A stretch of DNA of 50,700 nt from a virus (lineage: Duplodnaviria > Caudoviricetes): positions 1 through 50,700 of the IMG/VR virus record IMGVR_UViG_3300028024_000181; one strand, given 5' to 3'. The notes beneath the pieces were generated by a model that was not told the DNA's origin, searched no databases, and saw only the letters and a list, made by a program, of their open reading frames with translations. A program made the translations under genes and the position numbers. Below are positions 16,316 to 25,825 of this stretch, in pieces (positions within the stretch are counted from its first letter, which is position 1; every line of letters starts with the position of its first letter).

Positions 16316-16503
16316 CGAAAAGCGAAGCCATGCGGCTGGCAAAAGAGGCGCTCCACGCGTTGCGCGCCCAGTCAGGAGACGAAGAGACGGTGAAGGAAAT
16401 GTTCATCTGGAAGATGCAGGCGGACCGGCGGCTTCACGAGGCGCTCACGGTGCTGGGCACCGCCCGCTTATGGGAATCGCAGTTGCAGCACCTTCGTCAC
16501 TAA
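16312..16503 (+). CDS. Hypothetical protein
   Basis: GTGA-coupled. Confidence 0.6.
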   Translation: MTKSEAMRLAKEALHALRAQSGDEETVKEMFIWKMQADRRLHEALTVLGTARLWESQLQHLRH

Positions 16504-16513
16504 CAGGGCAGTC

Positions 16514-16669
16514 ATGAACGCGGATCTGGTTGGCACGGTTGTGTTGCGCACGTTCGCGGTGATGGGCGTCGCTGTGGCGTTCATGCCGGCGATTGCGCGC
16601 TCGCGTGTGCGGTTTGGTTTCACGAGCTGTCTCGCGCTCGCTGCCGTGCTGATCTGGTTCAGGCCGTAG
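16514..16669 (+). CDS. Small membrane protein (51 aa, below ORF-track cutoff)
   Basis: MNADLVGTVVLRTFAVMGVAVAFMPAIARSRVRFGFTSCLALAAVLIWFRP; fills the gap in the operon. Confidence 0.55.
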   Translation: MNADLVGTVVLRTFAVMGVAVAFMPAIARSRVRFGFTSCLALAAVLIWFRP

Positions 16670-16676
16670 GAGTCAC

Positions 16677-16940
16677 ATGTCGTTTCACTTATCGAATCTC
16701 GCCTGGAGCGTCGAGCTCCGCCACGCACAGAAGATAGTCCTGCTGTGCCTTTCACATCTAGCGCTGCAGAGCACATGTGAATGTTCTGTCACGGTGCGCA
16801 GGCTCGCGTTCATGTGTGGCATGTCGGACAGTGGCGTGCGCGACCAGCTCGCGGCCCTGACAGCGGTTGGCCTGGTCGACGAGATCCCGGGCAATGGCGA
16901 GACCTTCTATCGCGTCAACGTGGTGGCGCGCGATGCCTGA
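16677..16940 (+). CDS. Winged HTH (HTH_36-like) protein
   Basis: AW....KIVLLCL....C..TV.RLA..CGMS...VR..L..L...GLV; AGGAG RBS. Confidence 0.75.
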   Translation: MSFHLSNLAWSVELRHAQKIVLLCLSHLALQSTCECSVTVRRLAFMCGMSDSGVRDQLAALTAVGLVDEIPGNGETFYRVNVVARDA

Positions 16941-17508
16941 GACGAGCAAGAAGGGCACGGCGGCCCGCCCACAGATCAACGCAGGCCTCGTCGAGGCCGC
17001 TATACGCCGTCACGTCGACCCGCGCGGCGCCCACACGCTCATTCCCGAAGCTGAAATTCGCTGGGGCGTCGGCTCGCAGCGCGGCGTTTATCGCGCGGAC
17101 TTCGTCATGATCACGCGCTCCAGTTACGCGACGGAGCTCGAGGTGAAAGTATCGCTCGCGGACTGGCGCAAGGATCTGTCGAAGCCGAAGTGGGTTGGCA
17201 TGCCCGCCTGGATCACGCGCTTCATCTACGTGGTGCCCGAGCAGCTCGGCATTCCTGAGTGGGTGCCCCCGCATGCCGGCGTGTGGCATGTGCGCCCGCG
17301 GCCGTCGCAATACGAAGCGTGGGAAGGGCCGCGGCGCCCCGACGGCTATCAGATCGTGGTCGCCCGCGCGCCGCACGTGCTCGGCCGCGAAAAGCTACCA
17401 GCTGCCGTGCTCGGCACGTGGCTGCGCAATCTCTATTACCGCTACTGGGAACAGCGGGTTCATCTTGAGGGCCGCATTGCGCGGCACGTGCGGGAGAGCG
17501 TTGCATGA
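16933..17508 (+). CDS. MmcB-like PD-(D/E)xK nuclease
   Basis: YRADFV....ELEVKVSLADWRKD..K....F.YVVP. Confidence 0.75.
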   Translation: MPETSKKGTAARPQINAGLVEAAIRRHVDPRGAHTLIPEAEIRWGVGSQRGVYRADFVMITRSSYATELEVKVSLADWRKDLSKPKWVGMPAWITRFIYVVPEQLGIPEWVPPHAGVWHVRPRPSQYEAWEGPRRPDGYQIVVARAPHVLGREKLPAAVLGTWLRNLYYRYWEQRVHLEGRIARHVRESVA

Positions 17509-18611
17509 GAGTCGCAGACGTATTGCGCGAACTCGGTCGCCCGATCGCCTACTACCCGTTCCTCGCTCGATACCTCGGCGGCGTGAATGCTGCCGTGTTC
17601 TTCTGCCAGATCTTTTACTGGCAGGACAAGGCTACCAGCGAATTCGGCGTGCATAAGACCGTCGATGAGCTCGAGCACGAGACCGGCCTGTCCTACGAGG
17701 AACAGCGCGCCGCCCGCACGAAGTTGCGTGCCGCCGGTGTGCTGATCGAGACCGCCAAGCGCATCGAGCATCGCACGTACTTCCGCGTCGACGAGGATGC
17801 GCTCGAATTGCTGTTGTCTTCCGAGCTACCCGCACGTAAGGCGAAAAAGTCATCGGTGGGCACATCGGGAAAGTCCACTTCCCGAAATGGGAAAAGTCCA
17901 TCTCGGGAAGTGGACAAAGTCCATTCCGCGAACTTGGAAAAACCCATGCCGCCGGATGGGGAAAACCGCGCCCGCGGGAAGGGAGATCCCCATTCCGTTA
18001 ACGGTACAGAGATTACAGCAGAGACTACAGCAGCAACGCGCGCGGCCGAGGCTGTGGACAACTCTGCTGTTGCTGCTGCTGAAGATGAAAAAGCCCAACC
18101 GACCCCCGAGCGCGAATTGACGGACTTGCTGGTGTCGCTCGAGGCCGCTCGGGGCAAATCGCTGAGCGTCGACCGGAATCGCGACCGTGTGCACGTGCTG
18201 ACGTGGGTCGGCAAGGGCGTGACGGCGGCGCGACTGCGGGAAGCCCACGCGTTGGCCGTGGCGGCGCGATCGCGAGTGGGCGACGAACGGCCGACGTACG
18301 CGGGGTTCGTCTCGACGTTCATCGACGCAGAGGCCGCGGCGCCGGTGACGGCTGAGTCACAAGCACAGGTCGACTGGTGGCTGGCAGGCGAGGAAGTGCT
18401 GGTGGCGGCCGGCGAACGTTTCGGCGCCCGGCCGAAGCGGCGCGACGAGCCTTTGCCGCTGTACCGCGCGGTGGTGGCTAGAGCGGCGGGTAAGGGGCCG
18501 TGGATCGACGCGATCCTGCGCGACGCTCAGCGCGGCGGTGGACAGTTCCAGCAGATGATCGTGGCGACGCTCGGTGAAGCGCTGCTGCCTGTCGATTGGT
18601 ACGCATCATGA
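17505..18611 (+). CDS. Phage replication initiator protein
   Basis: RPIAYYP.LA...GVNAAVF..QI.YW..KT..E.E.ETGLS..EQ..AR.KL N-terminal domain; low-complexity linker. Confidence 0.8.
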   Translation: MRVADVLRELGRPIAYYPFLARYLGGVNAAVFFCQIFYWQDKATSEFGVHKTVDELEHETGLSYEEQRAARTKLRAAGVLIETAKRIEHRTYFRVDEDALELLLSSELPARKAKKSSVGTSGKSTSRNGKSPSREVDKVHSANLEKPMPPDGENRARGKGDPHSVNGTEITAETTAATRAAEAVDNSAVAAAEDEKAQPTPERELTDLLVSLEAARGKSLSVDRNRDRVHVLTWVGKGVTAARLREAHALAVAARSRVGDERPTYAGFVSTFIDAEAAAPVTAESQAQVDWWLAGEEVLVAAGERFGARPKRRDEPLPLYRAVVARAAGKGPWIDAILRDAQRGGGQFQQMIVATLGEALLPVDWYAS

Positions 18612-18832
18612 GCACCCAAACCGAAAACGCATTCTGGCTCGTGTGGTCGCCGACCGGCAGGGCGCCGCCGCGGTACCGCCACGCGAGCAAGCAGAGCGCC
18701 ATCACCGAGGCAGAGCGGCTCGCGCGCGCTCACCCGGGGCAACTGTTCGTCGTGCTCGAGCCGATCGCCGGGCGGCGCGTGGACAACATGGTGCGCACGA
18801 CCTACGTTGACGACAAGGAGATTCCGTTTTGA
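18608..18832 (+). CDS. Conserved hypothetical phage protein
   Basis: FWLVW.P....P..RH....SA..EAERLA...PG..F.VL. Confidence 0.75.
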   Translation: MSTQTENAFWLVWSPTGRAPPRYRHASKQSAITEAERLARAHPGQLFVVLEPIAGRRVDNMVRTTYVDDKEIPF

Positions 18833-19074
18833 TCGCTAACGACATCACGGACTGGCTGTCGGCCGCGGCGCTAATCGCACTGATATCCGGCGACGGGCCG
18901 CGGAGCTTACTACGCCACGCGGCCAGCGCTTTATACCTCGGTCACGTCGCTGCGCCGGCGACGCCTGACCCGTTCGTCCAGCTGCTGCTCACTGGCGAGT
19001 GCTTCAGGCCGCTCTATGAATACGAACGCGCACTCATCCAGTTCAAGCTGGCTTATCCGGCGGTCTTCAAATGA
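18829..19074 (+). CDS. Hypothetical protein
   Basis: Coupled ORF, TTG start. Confidence 0.45.
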   Translation: MIANDITDWLSAAALIALISGDGPRSLLRHAASALYLGHVAAPATPDPFVQLLLTGECFRPLYEYERALIQFKLAYPAVFK

Positions 19075-19487
19075 GCAACGTCATCGATATCGAGGATCTG
19101 CGTTTCACGCGCGACAAGCGGATCGTGCGGCCGCGCGAGGAGTGCGAGCACAAGCACATGACGATGGACGACCAAGGCCAGTTTGTCAGATGCGACGACT
19201 GCAGGGTGCAGCTATCGCCGTTCTGGGTGCTCAGCCGAATGCTCGATCAGTACGAACGCGCGCTATCGAAGATTGCCGGCCGCGAGCAGCGTCAGGCCGA
19301 ATCAGAGTTGCGCGGTGTGCAGTTGCGCGCCGCCCAGGTCGTCGAGCGGGCATGGCGCAGTCACACGATGGTGCCGACGTGCCCGCACTGCGGCGAGGGG
19401 ATTCGCGCGACGGATGGCTTCGGCCATAGCGCGATCAACAGATCGATCGATGAACGGCGGCGCGCCGCCAAGAAGGGAGGTGTATGA
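19071..19487 (+). CDS. Hypothetical Zn-binding phage protein
   Basis: CEH..CDDC..CPHC. Confidence 0.75.
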   Translation: MSNVIDIEDLRFTRDKRIVRPREECEHKHMTMDDQGQFVRCDDCRVQLSPFWVLSRMLDQYERALSKIAGREQRQAESELRGVQLRAAQVVERAWRSHTMVPTCPHCGEGIRATDGFGHSAINRSIDERRRAAKKGGV

Positions 19488-19759
19488 ACTGCAAACCGGG
19501 AGATCTCGCAGTCACAACTGGCATGTTCGTATCAGCGAACAATGACGTAATTGTCGAAGTTGAAAGTATCGCTTTCGTCAATTCACAGGGCATCACGGTG
19601 TGGAACATCAAACACCGCAAGCCGATGCTTGTAGACGTTGGTCGACAAGCAGGGATGTGGGTCAGTAACGGGATTATCTGCGATACAAATCTGCGCCCGA
19701 TCAGCGGCGTGCCTGTGCACGACGAGCAGTTCGACAAGGTGTCGGTCTCATGCAACTGA
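19484..19759 (+). CDS. Hypothetical phage protein
   Basis: MNCKPGDLA...D..LRPISG; GGAGG RBS. Confidence 0.75.
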   Translation: MNCKPGDLAVTTGMFVSANNDVIVEVESIAFVNSQGITVWNIKHRKPMLVDVGRQAGMWVSNGIICDTNLRPISGVPVHDEQFDKVSVSCN

Positions 19760-20211
19760 CGCAAGCCGTTCTCAAAGAGCTGCTCTCATACGATCCTGTG
19801 ACGGGGATATTCGTTTGGATCGTCGACACGCCGTGGGCGATACGAGGACAGCGCGCTGGCACCCGGCAGCATGATGGATATCGCCGCATCGGCATTCGAG
19901 GCGTCGGGTATGCCGAGCACCGCCTCGCATGGGTCTACATGACAGGATCGTTTCCGCGTTTGAAGATCGATCACAGGAACCGCATCCGCGATCAGAACCA
20001 CTGGACGAATCTGCGGCTTGCAACTCACCCGCAGAACTGCCAGAACAAAAAATGCAGCGGAGCCACGCTGCATCGTTCCGGCAAATGGCAGGCACAAATC
20101 AAAGTCAACGGAAAGTCGAAATACCTCGGTCTGTTCGATGATCGTGCAGCCGCTGAGCGCGCTTATTTGGCCGCGAAGGCCGCGATGCATCCATTTTGGA
20201 ATCCATCGTGA
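19750..20211 (+). CDS. HNH homing endonuclease with AP2 domain
   Basis: L.YDP.TG.F..HRLAW.YMTG..IDH.NR.R..N...NLR; KWQAQI..YLGLF. Confidence 0.92.
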   Translation: MQLTQAVLKELLSYDPVTGIFVWIVDTPWAIRGQRAGTRQHDGYRRIGIRGVGYAEHRLAWVYMTGSFPRLKIDHRNRIRDQNHWTNLRLATHPQNCQNKKCSGATLHRSGKWQAQIKVNGKSKYLGLFDDRAAAERAYLAAKAAMHPFWNPS

Positions 20212-20921
20212 GCAAGGGCACCGTCCGGTTCCCTGAGAGCGCGATCGTCGACGGCCGCATTGGTACGTCACGCATTGCAGCGACGATCGCGGGTGCGGCG
20301 ACGATCGCGGGTGCGGCGGCGCGCTTGGCATCGGCAGATCTCGAACCACTGCAGGGCGCCGTGCAGACACTCGCGCGCGGCATCGCGGCACAGACCGGAC
20401 AGACACCCGAGCAGGTCGCCGCGGCCTGGGGCACTGTCGACTATTCGAATTCTAGCGGGGTGCAGTTGGTAGCCCCGCACGTGGCGGCCGGCGCAAAGCA
20501 TCGCGCGAACGCGGCACTCGGGGAAAAGCCTGCGTCTGGCAAGCGCGAAACCCCGCGGGGGGAACTCGCCCCTTTGCAACGTACGCAGCAGCTCGGACGC
20601 CTCGGCACCGGACGCATGAACAAAACTGAGGCCGCGTACGAGCAGCTGCTGGCGGCGCGTCTCCACCTTGGCGAGATCCTCTTCTATCGCTTCGAAGCGC
20701 ACAAGCTGCGTCTCGGCGATAACACGTTCTATACGCCCGACTTCACGGTGATCGTTGCCGACGGCAGCACGGAATATCACGAGGTGAAGGGCTACTGGAC
20801 AGACAAGGCGCGCGCCAAGACGAAAGCGGCCGCCGCTCAACACCCGTATCGATTCATCGCGATCAAGCGCGCCGGCCGTCACGGCTGGAGCTTTGAAGAC
20901 CTCACCAGCCGCAGCTGGTAA
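20208..20921 (+). CDS. DUF1064-like PD-(D/E)xK nuclease (possible resolvase)
   Basis: MNKTEAAY..FE..KL.L..YTPDF..HEVKG.W. Confidence 0.8.
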   Translation: MSKGTVRFPESAIVDGRIGTSRIAATIAGAATIAGAAARLASADLEPLQGAVQTLARGIAAQTGQTPEQVAAAWGTVDYSNSSGVQLVAPHVAAGAKHRANAALGEKPASGKRETPRGELAPLQRTQQLGRLGTGRMNKTEAAYEQLLAARLHLGEILFYRFEAHKLRLGDNTFYTPDFTVIVADGSTEYHEVKGYWTDKARAKTKAAAAQHPYRFIAIKRAGRHGWSFEDLTSRSW

Positions 20922-20938
20922 CAACCATTGGAGAACCC

Positions 20939-21244
20939 ATGAGCTACTCGTTTGATTTCGCCGCTCCCTCGAAAGATGAAGCCAAGGCGCGCGTCGCCTC
21001 GGAACTCGACAGCATCGTCGCGCAGCAACCCGCACACGCCAAAGATCGCGCCGCCGCGCAGGCGGCCGCCAACGCCGTTATCGATCTGATCGCTGACGAC
21101 GACGCGATGGACATCCGCGTGAGCATGCACGGCTCGGTGGGCTGGCGCACCAGCTTGTCCGACGGCGATCAGTACCCGCTGACGCAGGCCTCGGTGGGCG
21201 TGAATGCGTGGCACATCCCGAAACAGGTGCCGGCAAACGAGTAA
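20939..21244 (+). CDS. Hypothetical protein
   Basis: GGAG RBS. Confidence 0.75.
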   Translation: MSYSFDFAAPSKDEAKARVASELDSIVAQQPAHAKDRAAAQAAANAVIDLIADDDAMDIRVSMHGSVGWRTSLSDGDQYPLTQASVGVNAWHIPKQVPANE

Positions 21245-21265
21245 CAGCGCGCCGCCGGCAAAGCG

Positions 21266-21481
21266 ATGAAAGCCGCCTGGGACATCGTGAAGTTTCGCGT
21301 CAACCGTATCGATCCGGATGCACCGATGCCGGAACCGGGCGACGAGATGCGAACACGCACCGGGCGGCGTTACCAGATCCTGAAGATCTCGCCGAAGTCT
21401 GTTACGTGCCTCGTGCTGCCGCGTGACGCTGAAGAGCAGGGGAAGGTTTGGATCTGGGAATGGAGCAAACGCGGTCGGTAA
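21266..21481 (+). CDS. Hypothetical protein
   Basis: Operon position, protein-like composition. Confidence 0.65.
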   Translation: MKAAWDIVKFRVNRIDPDAPMPEPGDEMRTRTGRRYQILKISPKSVTCLVLPRDAEEQGKVWIWEWSKRGR

Positions 21482-21505
21482 CGCCCCTCAAATTACATCG
21501 GAAAA

Positions 21506-21802
21506 ATGGACATGGCTTCAATTTCAATCCCGTCCGAAACCGCAGTTGGCCTTATCGCGACCGCGCTGCGAGACCAACTTGCGGCTGAGATATCGCGCTC
21601 GTTGCACAACCTCATCGATCAGAAGATTACTGCAATGGCCATCCAGAAAGCGACGGAGCTGTTGCTGAACTGCGAGGTGACGTGCATCGACGATAAAGCC
21701 AACAGACGCCTGAATTTACATCTGTCGGTAAATGGCGAGCATTTTGACGTGGCCGAATTGCACACCGCGCTCTCGGTCACCGAGGCTTTGGGGAAGTCAT
21801 GA
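21506..21802 (+). CDS. Hypothetical protein
   Basis: Operon position. Confidence 0.6.
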   Translation: MDMASISIPSETAVGLIATALRDQLAAEISRSLHNLIDQKITAMAIQKATELLLNCEVTCIDDKANRRLNLHLSVNGEHFDVAELHTALSVTEALGKS

Positions 21803-22116
21803 GCCAACTCGACATGTTCGGCAGCGCGAAGCCGATCACCATCACCGCGCCGCCGGCGTCCAACGAAGCCGCAGGCATCCGCGACCGGCACGCCGAGTTG
21901 ATTGGTCTGCTGCCCGAGAAACTTCGGCCGCAGTGCACGCCCGCGCTGCCGGTGCCGAGCGGCAGGGCCGAGCTCGACGCGTGGACGCGCACCACGCAGC
22001 GCATCTATCTGCTGTACCTCATCGGCGCGATCGAGCGCGGCGTCTATCGCGATGCGAGTGAAGCCAATGCACCGTACGCGCTGATGAAGCTGAACGGCCT
22101 CGGAGGTCAATGGTGA
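21799..22116 (+). CDS. Hypothetical protein
   Basis: ATGA-coupled. Confidence 0.6.
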   Translation: MSQLDMFGSAKPITITAPPASNEAAGIRDRHAELIGLLPEKLRPQCTPALPVPSGRAELDAWTRTTQRIYLLYLIGAIERGVYRDASEANAPYALMKLNGLGGQW

Positions 22117-22502
22117 GCCCCGTCGACATGTTTGCCGATCGGCGCCGCGAAGAGGAGGCCGCCGCTCGACGCGATGCTGGGCGCGCTGTCACCGAGCTGC
22201 GTTCGTATGCGGCACTTGCGTCCATTGACTGGGACGCGTGCGCAGGTGAGGTGATGAGAGTCGCGGCCGCGATGATCGAAGGGCATGTCGAATCCTTTGC
22301 GGTTGTTGTGCGCGACAACGCGGGATTGCGTGATGAGGTGGCGGCCGCGCGCCGCAACCATGACGGCGCGCTCGAAATCATTGCTCGCTGGCGCGAGCTG
22401 CTCGTCGCGCTGCGTGCCGAGCATCCCGAGGACATTCGCCTGAAGCGTGCACTGATGGGCGAGCACCCGATGCGGCCGGCAGTGTGGGAGAGACAGCCGT
22501 GA
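22110..22502 (+). CDS. Hypothetical protein
   Basis: GGAGG RBS. Confidence 0.65.
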   Translation: MVSPVDMFADRRREEEAAARRDAGRAVTELRSYAALASIDWDACAGEVMRVAAAMIEGHVESFAVVVRDNAGLRDEVAAARRNHDGALEIIARWRELLVALRAEHPEDIRLKRALMGEHPMRPAVWERQP

Positions 22503-22852
22503 ATATGACCTTCATCGTGCCGCCGGAATTCACGGTGTACGGCGTGCCGCAGCGCGAACGGCCACCATGCCTCGCGCAGTGCGAGGTAGTGGAGCTTGTC
22601 CGCTCATTTGCGCATTCGCCGTGGAAGTTCCGGAACACGCTACGGCGCGGCCTGCGCGTTAGTTACTCGGCATACGTCCGGCTGCCGGCGTGGATCACGC
22701 CGCCGGAGAACTGGGCGCGCCTTGAGACTGGCGAGGTCGAGCTGCGCGTGCCGATGCACCTGAATCAGCGGGTTCCGCTCCCGGAATTCCCTCCCGACCG
22801 CAACCGCGTGCGCATTGACGATGTGCTGAAGCTTCGAGGCGATCCATGCTGA
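22499..22852 (+). CDS. Hypothetical protein
   Basis: GTGA-coupled. Confidence 0.55.
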   Translation: MNMTFIVPPEFTVYGVPQRERPPCLAQCEVVELVRSFAHSPWKFRNTLRRGLRVSYSAYVRLPAWITPPENWARLETGEVELRVPMHLNQRVPLPEFPPDRNRVRIDDVLKLRGDPC

Positions 22853-23316
22853 CGCGCAAGAAGCCGCTCGTGAGCAGGACGCCGCTGAAGCGCTCCGCGC
22901 CGATCGGCGTGCGGCCGTCGCCGGGCAGCTCGCTCACGCGCACGAAGGTCCGCGTGAAGTCACCGGTCGCAGCACATCCAAAACATTGGGCCGCCAAACG
23001 TCGCCCGAGTCCTACCGCGACAGAACGTCGATACATGGGCTACGTCGCCGCACTTTGTTGCGCGGTGTGCCGCCGTCTAGGTATTGAAGGAACACCAGCA
23101 ATTGTCCATCACCAACGGACGGGCACCGGGAAAATGCGCGCCAGTCATTACCGCACTTGTCCGTTGTGCCCGCTGCACCATCAGGGCAGCGGCTTCGGAG
23201 TGCATGACATGGGCCGGTCACAATTCGCTGACTTATACGGTTTCAGCGAGGTCGACCTCGTTGAGGAAACTCGCGGCCTGTTGGTTGAATATCTTCCTGC
23301 CGAGGAACGCACATGA
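22846..23316 (+). CDS. Ref/DUF968-like Zn-HNH nuclease
   Basis: CAVC..PAIVHH.RTG..RASH..CPLC..HH. Confidence 0.8.
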   Translation: MLTRKKPLVSRTPLKRSAPIGVRPSPGSSLTRTKVRVKSPVAAHPKHWAAKRRPSPTATERRYMGYVAALCCAVCRRLGIEGTPAIVHHQRTGTGKMRASHYRTCPLCPLHHQGSGFGVHDMGRSQFADLYGFSEVDLVEETRGLLVEYLPAEERT

Positions 23317-23942
23317 AACAGGACATGTCAGGCGAGATTTTCCACCGTCTCACTGTCGTCGCAGATGGTGGCGGCGCGCGCGTGTTGTGCGCGTGCCAAT
23401 GCGGTGGCCGCGTTGACGTCTTGCGCAGCAATCTTCGGAGAGGGAACACGCGTTCTTGCGGGTGCCTTCATAGGGAACGGGCCGCTGAGCGTGCAGCCGT
23501 ACGTAATCTCCGCCACGGAATGACAAACACCCGGATTTGGGGGATTTGGGACGGGGTCGTCGATCGCACGAGCCGACCGGGGACGTGCCATTACGCCGAC
23601 TATGGGGCGCGAGGCATTCGCCTGCATCCCGAATGGCTGATCTTCGAGAATTTTTACCGCGATGTCGGCGCTCCACCGAGCGATCTGCATTCCATCGACC
23701 GTATAGACAACAACCGCGGCTACGAGCCTGGAAATGTGCGATGGGCGACTGCCGCCGAGCAGGCGAGAAATCGCCGCAGCAACAGGTTCGTGATGATCGC
23801 CGGCAAGCGCATGTGCCTCGCCGAGGCAGCTCGAGTGGTGGGTATCAGCAAATCGACAGCGTCACGCTTGCTTCAGCGTGGGGAATGGGCCGAGGTGTTC
23901 GGTGGCGTGCCTGACGAATCTGTGGGAGAGATCGATGGTTGA
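23313..23942 (+). CDS. HNH-type homing endonuclease
   Basis: C.CQCG..L..GNTRSCGC..HG..YG.RGI..W..FENF..SIDRIDNNRGYEPGNVRWAT. Confidence 0.88.
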   Translation: MKQDMSGEIFHRLTVVADGGGARVLCACQCGGRVDVLRSNLRRGNTRSCGCLHRERAAERAAVRNLRHGMTNTRIWGIWDGVVDRTSRPGTCHYADYGARGIRLHPEWLIFENFYRDVGAPPSDLHSIDRIDNNRGYEPGNVRWATAAEQARNRRSNRFVMIAGKRMCLAEAARVVGISKSTASRLLQRGEWAEVFGGVPDESVGEIDG

Positions 23943-24537
23943 TACGACCCGACGGGGCGGCTCGGCGATGCGATGGTCAGAGGAAGAGGACGAAATCCTG
24001 CGCGAGATCTGGAAGTTGCGTACGCCACTCAAGGTTTCTGCCGCACGCTTGCCGGGCCGATCCGTGCGCGGGATACAGATGCGCGCAGACATCCTCAAGT
24101 TTCCACGCCGCCGGCAGGCACGCGGAACGTCCGACACACGCCCGGCCTTCGTTGCACTGTGGAAGGCCCTGAAGAAGCCCGGCACCCGCATTCAGTTGGC
24201 GGCGCGAGCTGGAGTATCGAATCAGACCGCTGGCGATTTCATCAAGCATTTCCGCAGCCAGATGCACATCGTCGGCTGGTATCACCCCGCCGATGGCAGA
24301 GCCGCACCGATCTACAAAGCAGGTGCGGGCGAGGACAAGCCGAAACCGCCGAACAAGCCTCGCGCTGAGGTCTATAGCGATTACTGGAAGCGTATGAAGC
24401 GTGAACGGCCCGATCTCGCGGCGGCGCGTATCGCGCGTGCCACGTTCAAACGCCTCGAACGCGAAGGCAAGTTGATGAAACGAGATCCGGCCGCTATCGC
24501 GTTGTTCGGCGTGTGTGGCGGCGCGCGGCCGGAATGA
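23935..24537 (+). CDS. Hypothetical DNA-binding protein
   Basis: WSEEED.IL..LPGRS..I..RA plus HTH LAARAGVS. Confidence 0.7.
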   Translation: MVDTTRRGGSAMRWSEEEDEILREIWKLRTPLKVSAARLPGRSVRGIQMRADILKFPRRRQARGTSDTRPAFVALWKALKKPGTRIQLAARAGVSNQTAGDFIKHFRSQMHIVGWYHPADGRAAPIYKAGAGEDKPKPPNKPRAEVYSDYWKRMKRERPDLAAARIARATFKRLEREGKLMKRDPAAIALFGVCGGARPE

Positions 24538-24725
24538 GCGAGCCGCTTGAGTGGTGGGAATACGGTGACCCGCTGGACGTGCTTGAACGCCGCCAGTCTG
24601 AGAGATGCGTCGGATGCCAGCACGCGGCGGCGCGCGAGGATCCGTTCGGCGGTGTGCGAATGGTGTGTAGGAAGGGCCGGAAATACGGGAAGCGCTGTGC
24701 GCAATACAAGGAAACCATCGAATGA
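24534..24725 (+). CDS. Small Cys-rich protein preceding Q-like gene
   Basis: DPL.VLE....C.GC....C.KG..YG.RC. Confidence 0.7.
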   Translation: MSEPLEWWEYGDPLDVLERRQSERCVGCQHAAAREDPFGGVRMVCRKGRKYGKRCAQYKETIE

Positions 24726-25408
24726 CAGAAACGACAGAAATGCTCTTCCGTACGCCGCAGGACGCGATGCGGTATGCGTTCAGCTATGCGATGCAGCAGC
24801 GAGACAGGCCGCTTGCCGATCGCTTGGCCGCGCCGGCGGCGCGCACCGGCAAGGGGCTGCACGGGAACGATGGCGCCGGGCAGGCTGGCATGATCCGGCG
24901 CGAACTGGATCAACTCAGCGATATTGACTGGGCTGTTCTCGTCGCATTGTTTGCGCCGCACTCATATCCTTGTTCGTGCGGGGCCGCGTGCTGCTCACGC
25001 CACACTCCCAACCCTGAGTATGCAGCTGCTATTACCTTCCTCGCGGAGAAGGCACTCTCCCAGCTTTCCGGTCATCTGTCCAATTACCAACTGCGGCGCG
25101 GCCTTGTGGAGAAAGCCCTTGGGACGAAGATTACGATCAAGGATCTGGCTGCGAAGTGCGAGGTAACCGAGAAAACTGCAGATGCACATTGGCGAATCGT
25201 CAGGGACTGGATTGGCGGTACGCCAAAGAAGAAGTCGAAAAAGGCAGCGAAACGGGAGCGCGTCAACGCCGGCGACGGTGTAGCCGACGTCGCGCGCGTC
25301 GACGAAGAAGAGGATTCGAAAACGCTCACGGCCGTCGACGGGATAGCATCCAAAGCGCGAAAGAATGCCGACGAATTGCTGTCCGCGCTGTCGTTCATCA
25401 GGGCCTAG
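24722..25408 (+). CDS. Putative late-gene regulator (Q-like antiterminator)
   Basis: Last early gene before promoter-terminator pair; CSCG..CC and HTH (LAAKCEVTEKT). Confidence 0.65.
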   Translation: MTETTEMLFRTPQDAMRYAFSYAMQQRDRPLADRLAAPAARTGKGLHGNDGAGQAGMIRRELDQLSDIDWAVLVALFAPHSYPCSCGAACCSRHTPNPEYAAAITFLAEKALSQLSGHLSNYQLRRGLVEKALGTKITIKDLAAKCEVTEKTADAHWRIVRDWIGGTPKKKSKKAAKRERVNAGDGVADVARVDEEEDSKTLTAVDGIASKARKNADELLSALSFIRA

Positions 25409-25420
25409 CGCACTGGTTTG

Positions 25421-25448
25421 TTGACTTTTACTATTTCGACCGTAAAAT
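25421..25448 (+). promoter_or_regulatory. Late promoter (pR'-like)
   Basis: TTGACT-16-TAAAAT. Confidence 0.7.
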
Positions 25449-25482
25449 ACGCCTCAATCTGACACTGTGAATAAGTGTCTCC

Positions 25483-25520
25483 AAAGCCCCGCCAAAAAAT
25501 TGCGCGGGGCTTTTTCGTTT
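25483..25520 (+). terminator. tR'-like terminator after late promoter
   Basis: AAAGCCCCGC...GCGGGGCTTTTTCGTTT. Confidence 0.8.
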
Positions 25521-25537
25521 GTGTTGGAGGTCTCGCG

Positions 25538-25789
25538 ATGAGCAAACCGGCTTCGAAGGCAGCAGTGCCAAAGGGTGCTCGCCCGAAGCTCGGCCGGAGC
25601 GTAATTGTCCGATATCGCTTCGTGAAACCGATGACGGTCGGCATCATCATCGGAGTGTATGAGGCCGATACCGACGACGTCATCGTGCAGGCCTTTCCTG
25701 TCGACCGGGAGTCGATTCAGATTCCTGCGATCCCTTACTACAGCGCCGAGCCGGACGATGACGTCCAGTCCGCGGTGTGGCCAGCCTGA
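25538..25789 (+). CDS. Hypothetical protein
   Basis: GGAGG RBS. Confidence 0.75.
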   Translation: MSKPASKAAVPKGARPKLGRSVIVRYRFVKPMTVGIIIGVYEADTDDVIVQAFPVDRESIQIPAIPYYSAEPDDDVQSAVWPA

Positions 25790-25825
25790 TCCCGAACATT
25801 CTCACCTTTCGCGCAGGTCGCCATC

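Noticed and set aside
20280-20315. 18-bp tandem duplication (ATIAGA x2)
   Set aside because: In-frame slippage duplication in a low-complexity linker with no sign of function
24664-24673. GTGTAGGAA resembling the cassette element core
   Set aside because: Inside a coding sequence, with no flanking stems or ATTCTA; likely chance
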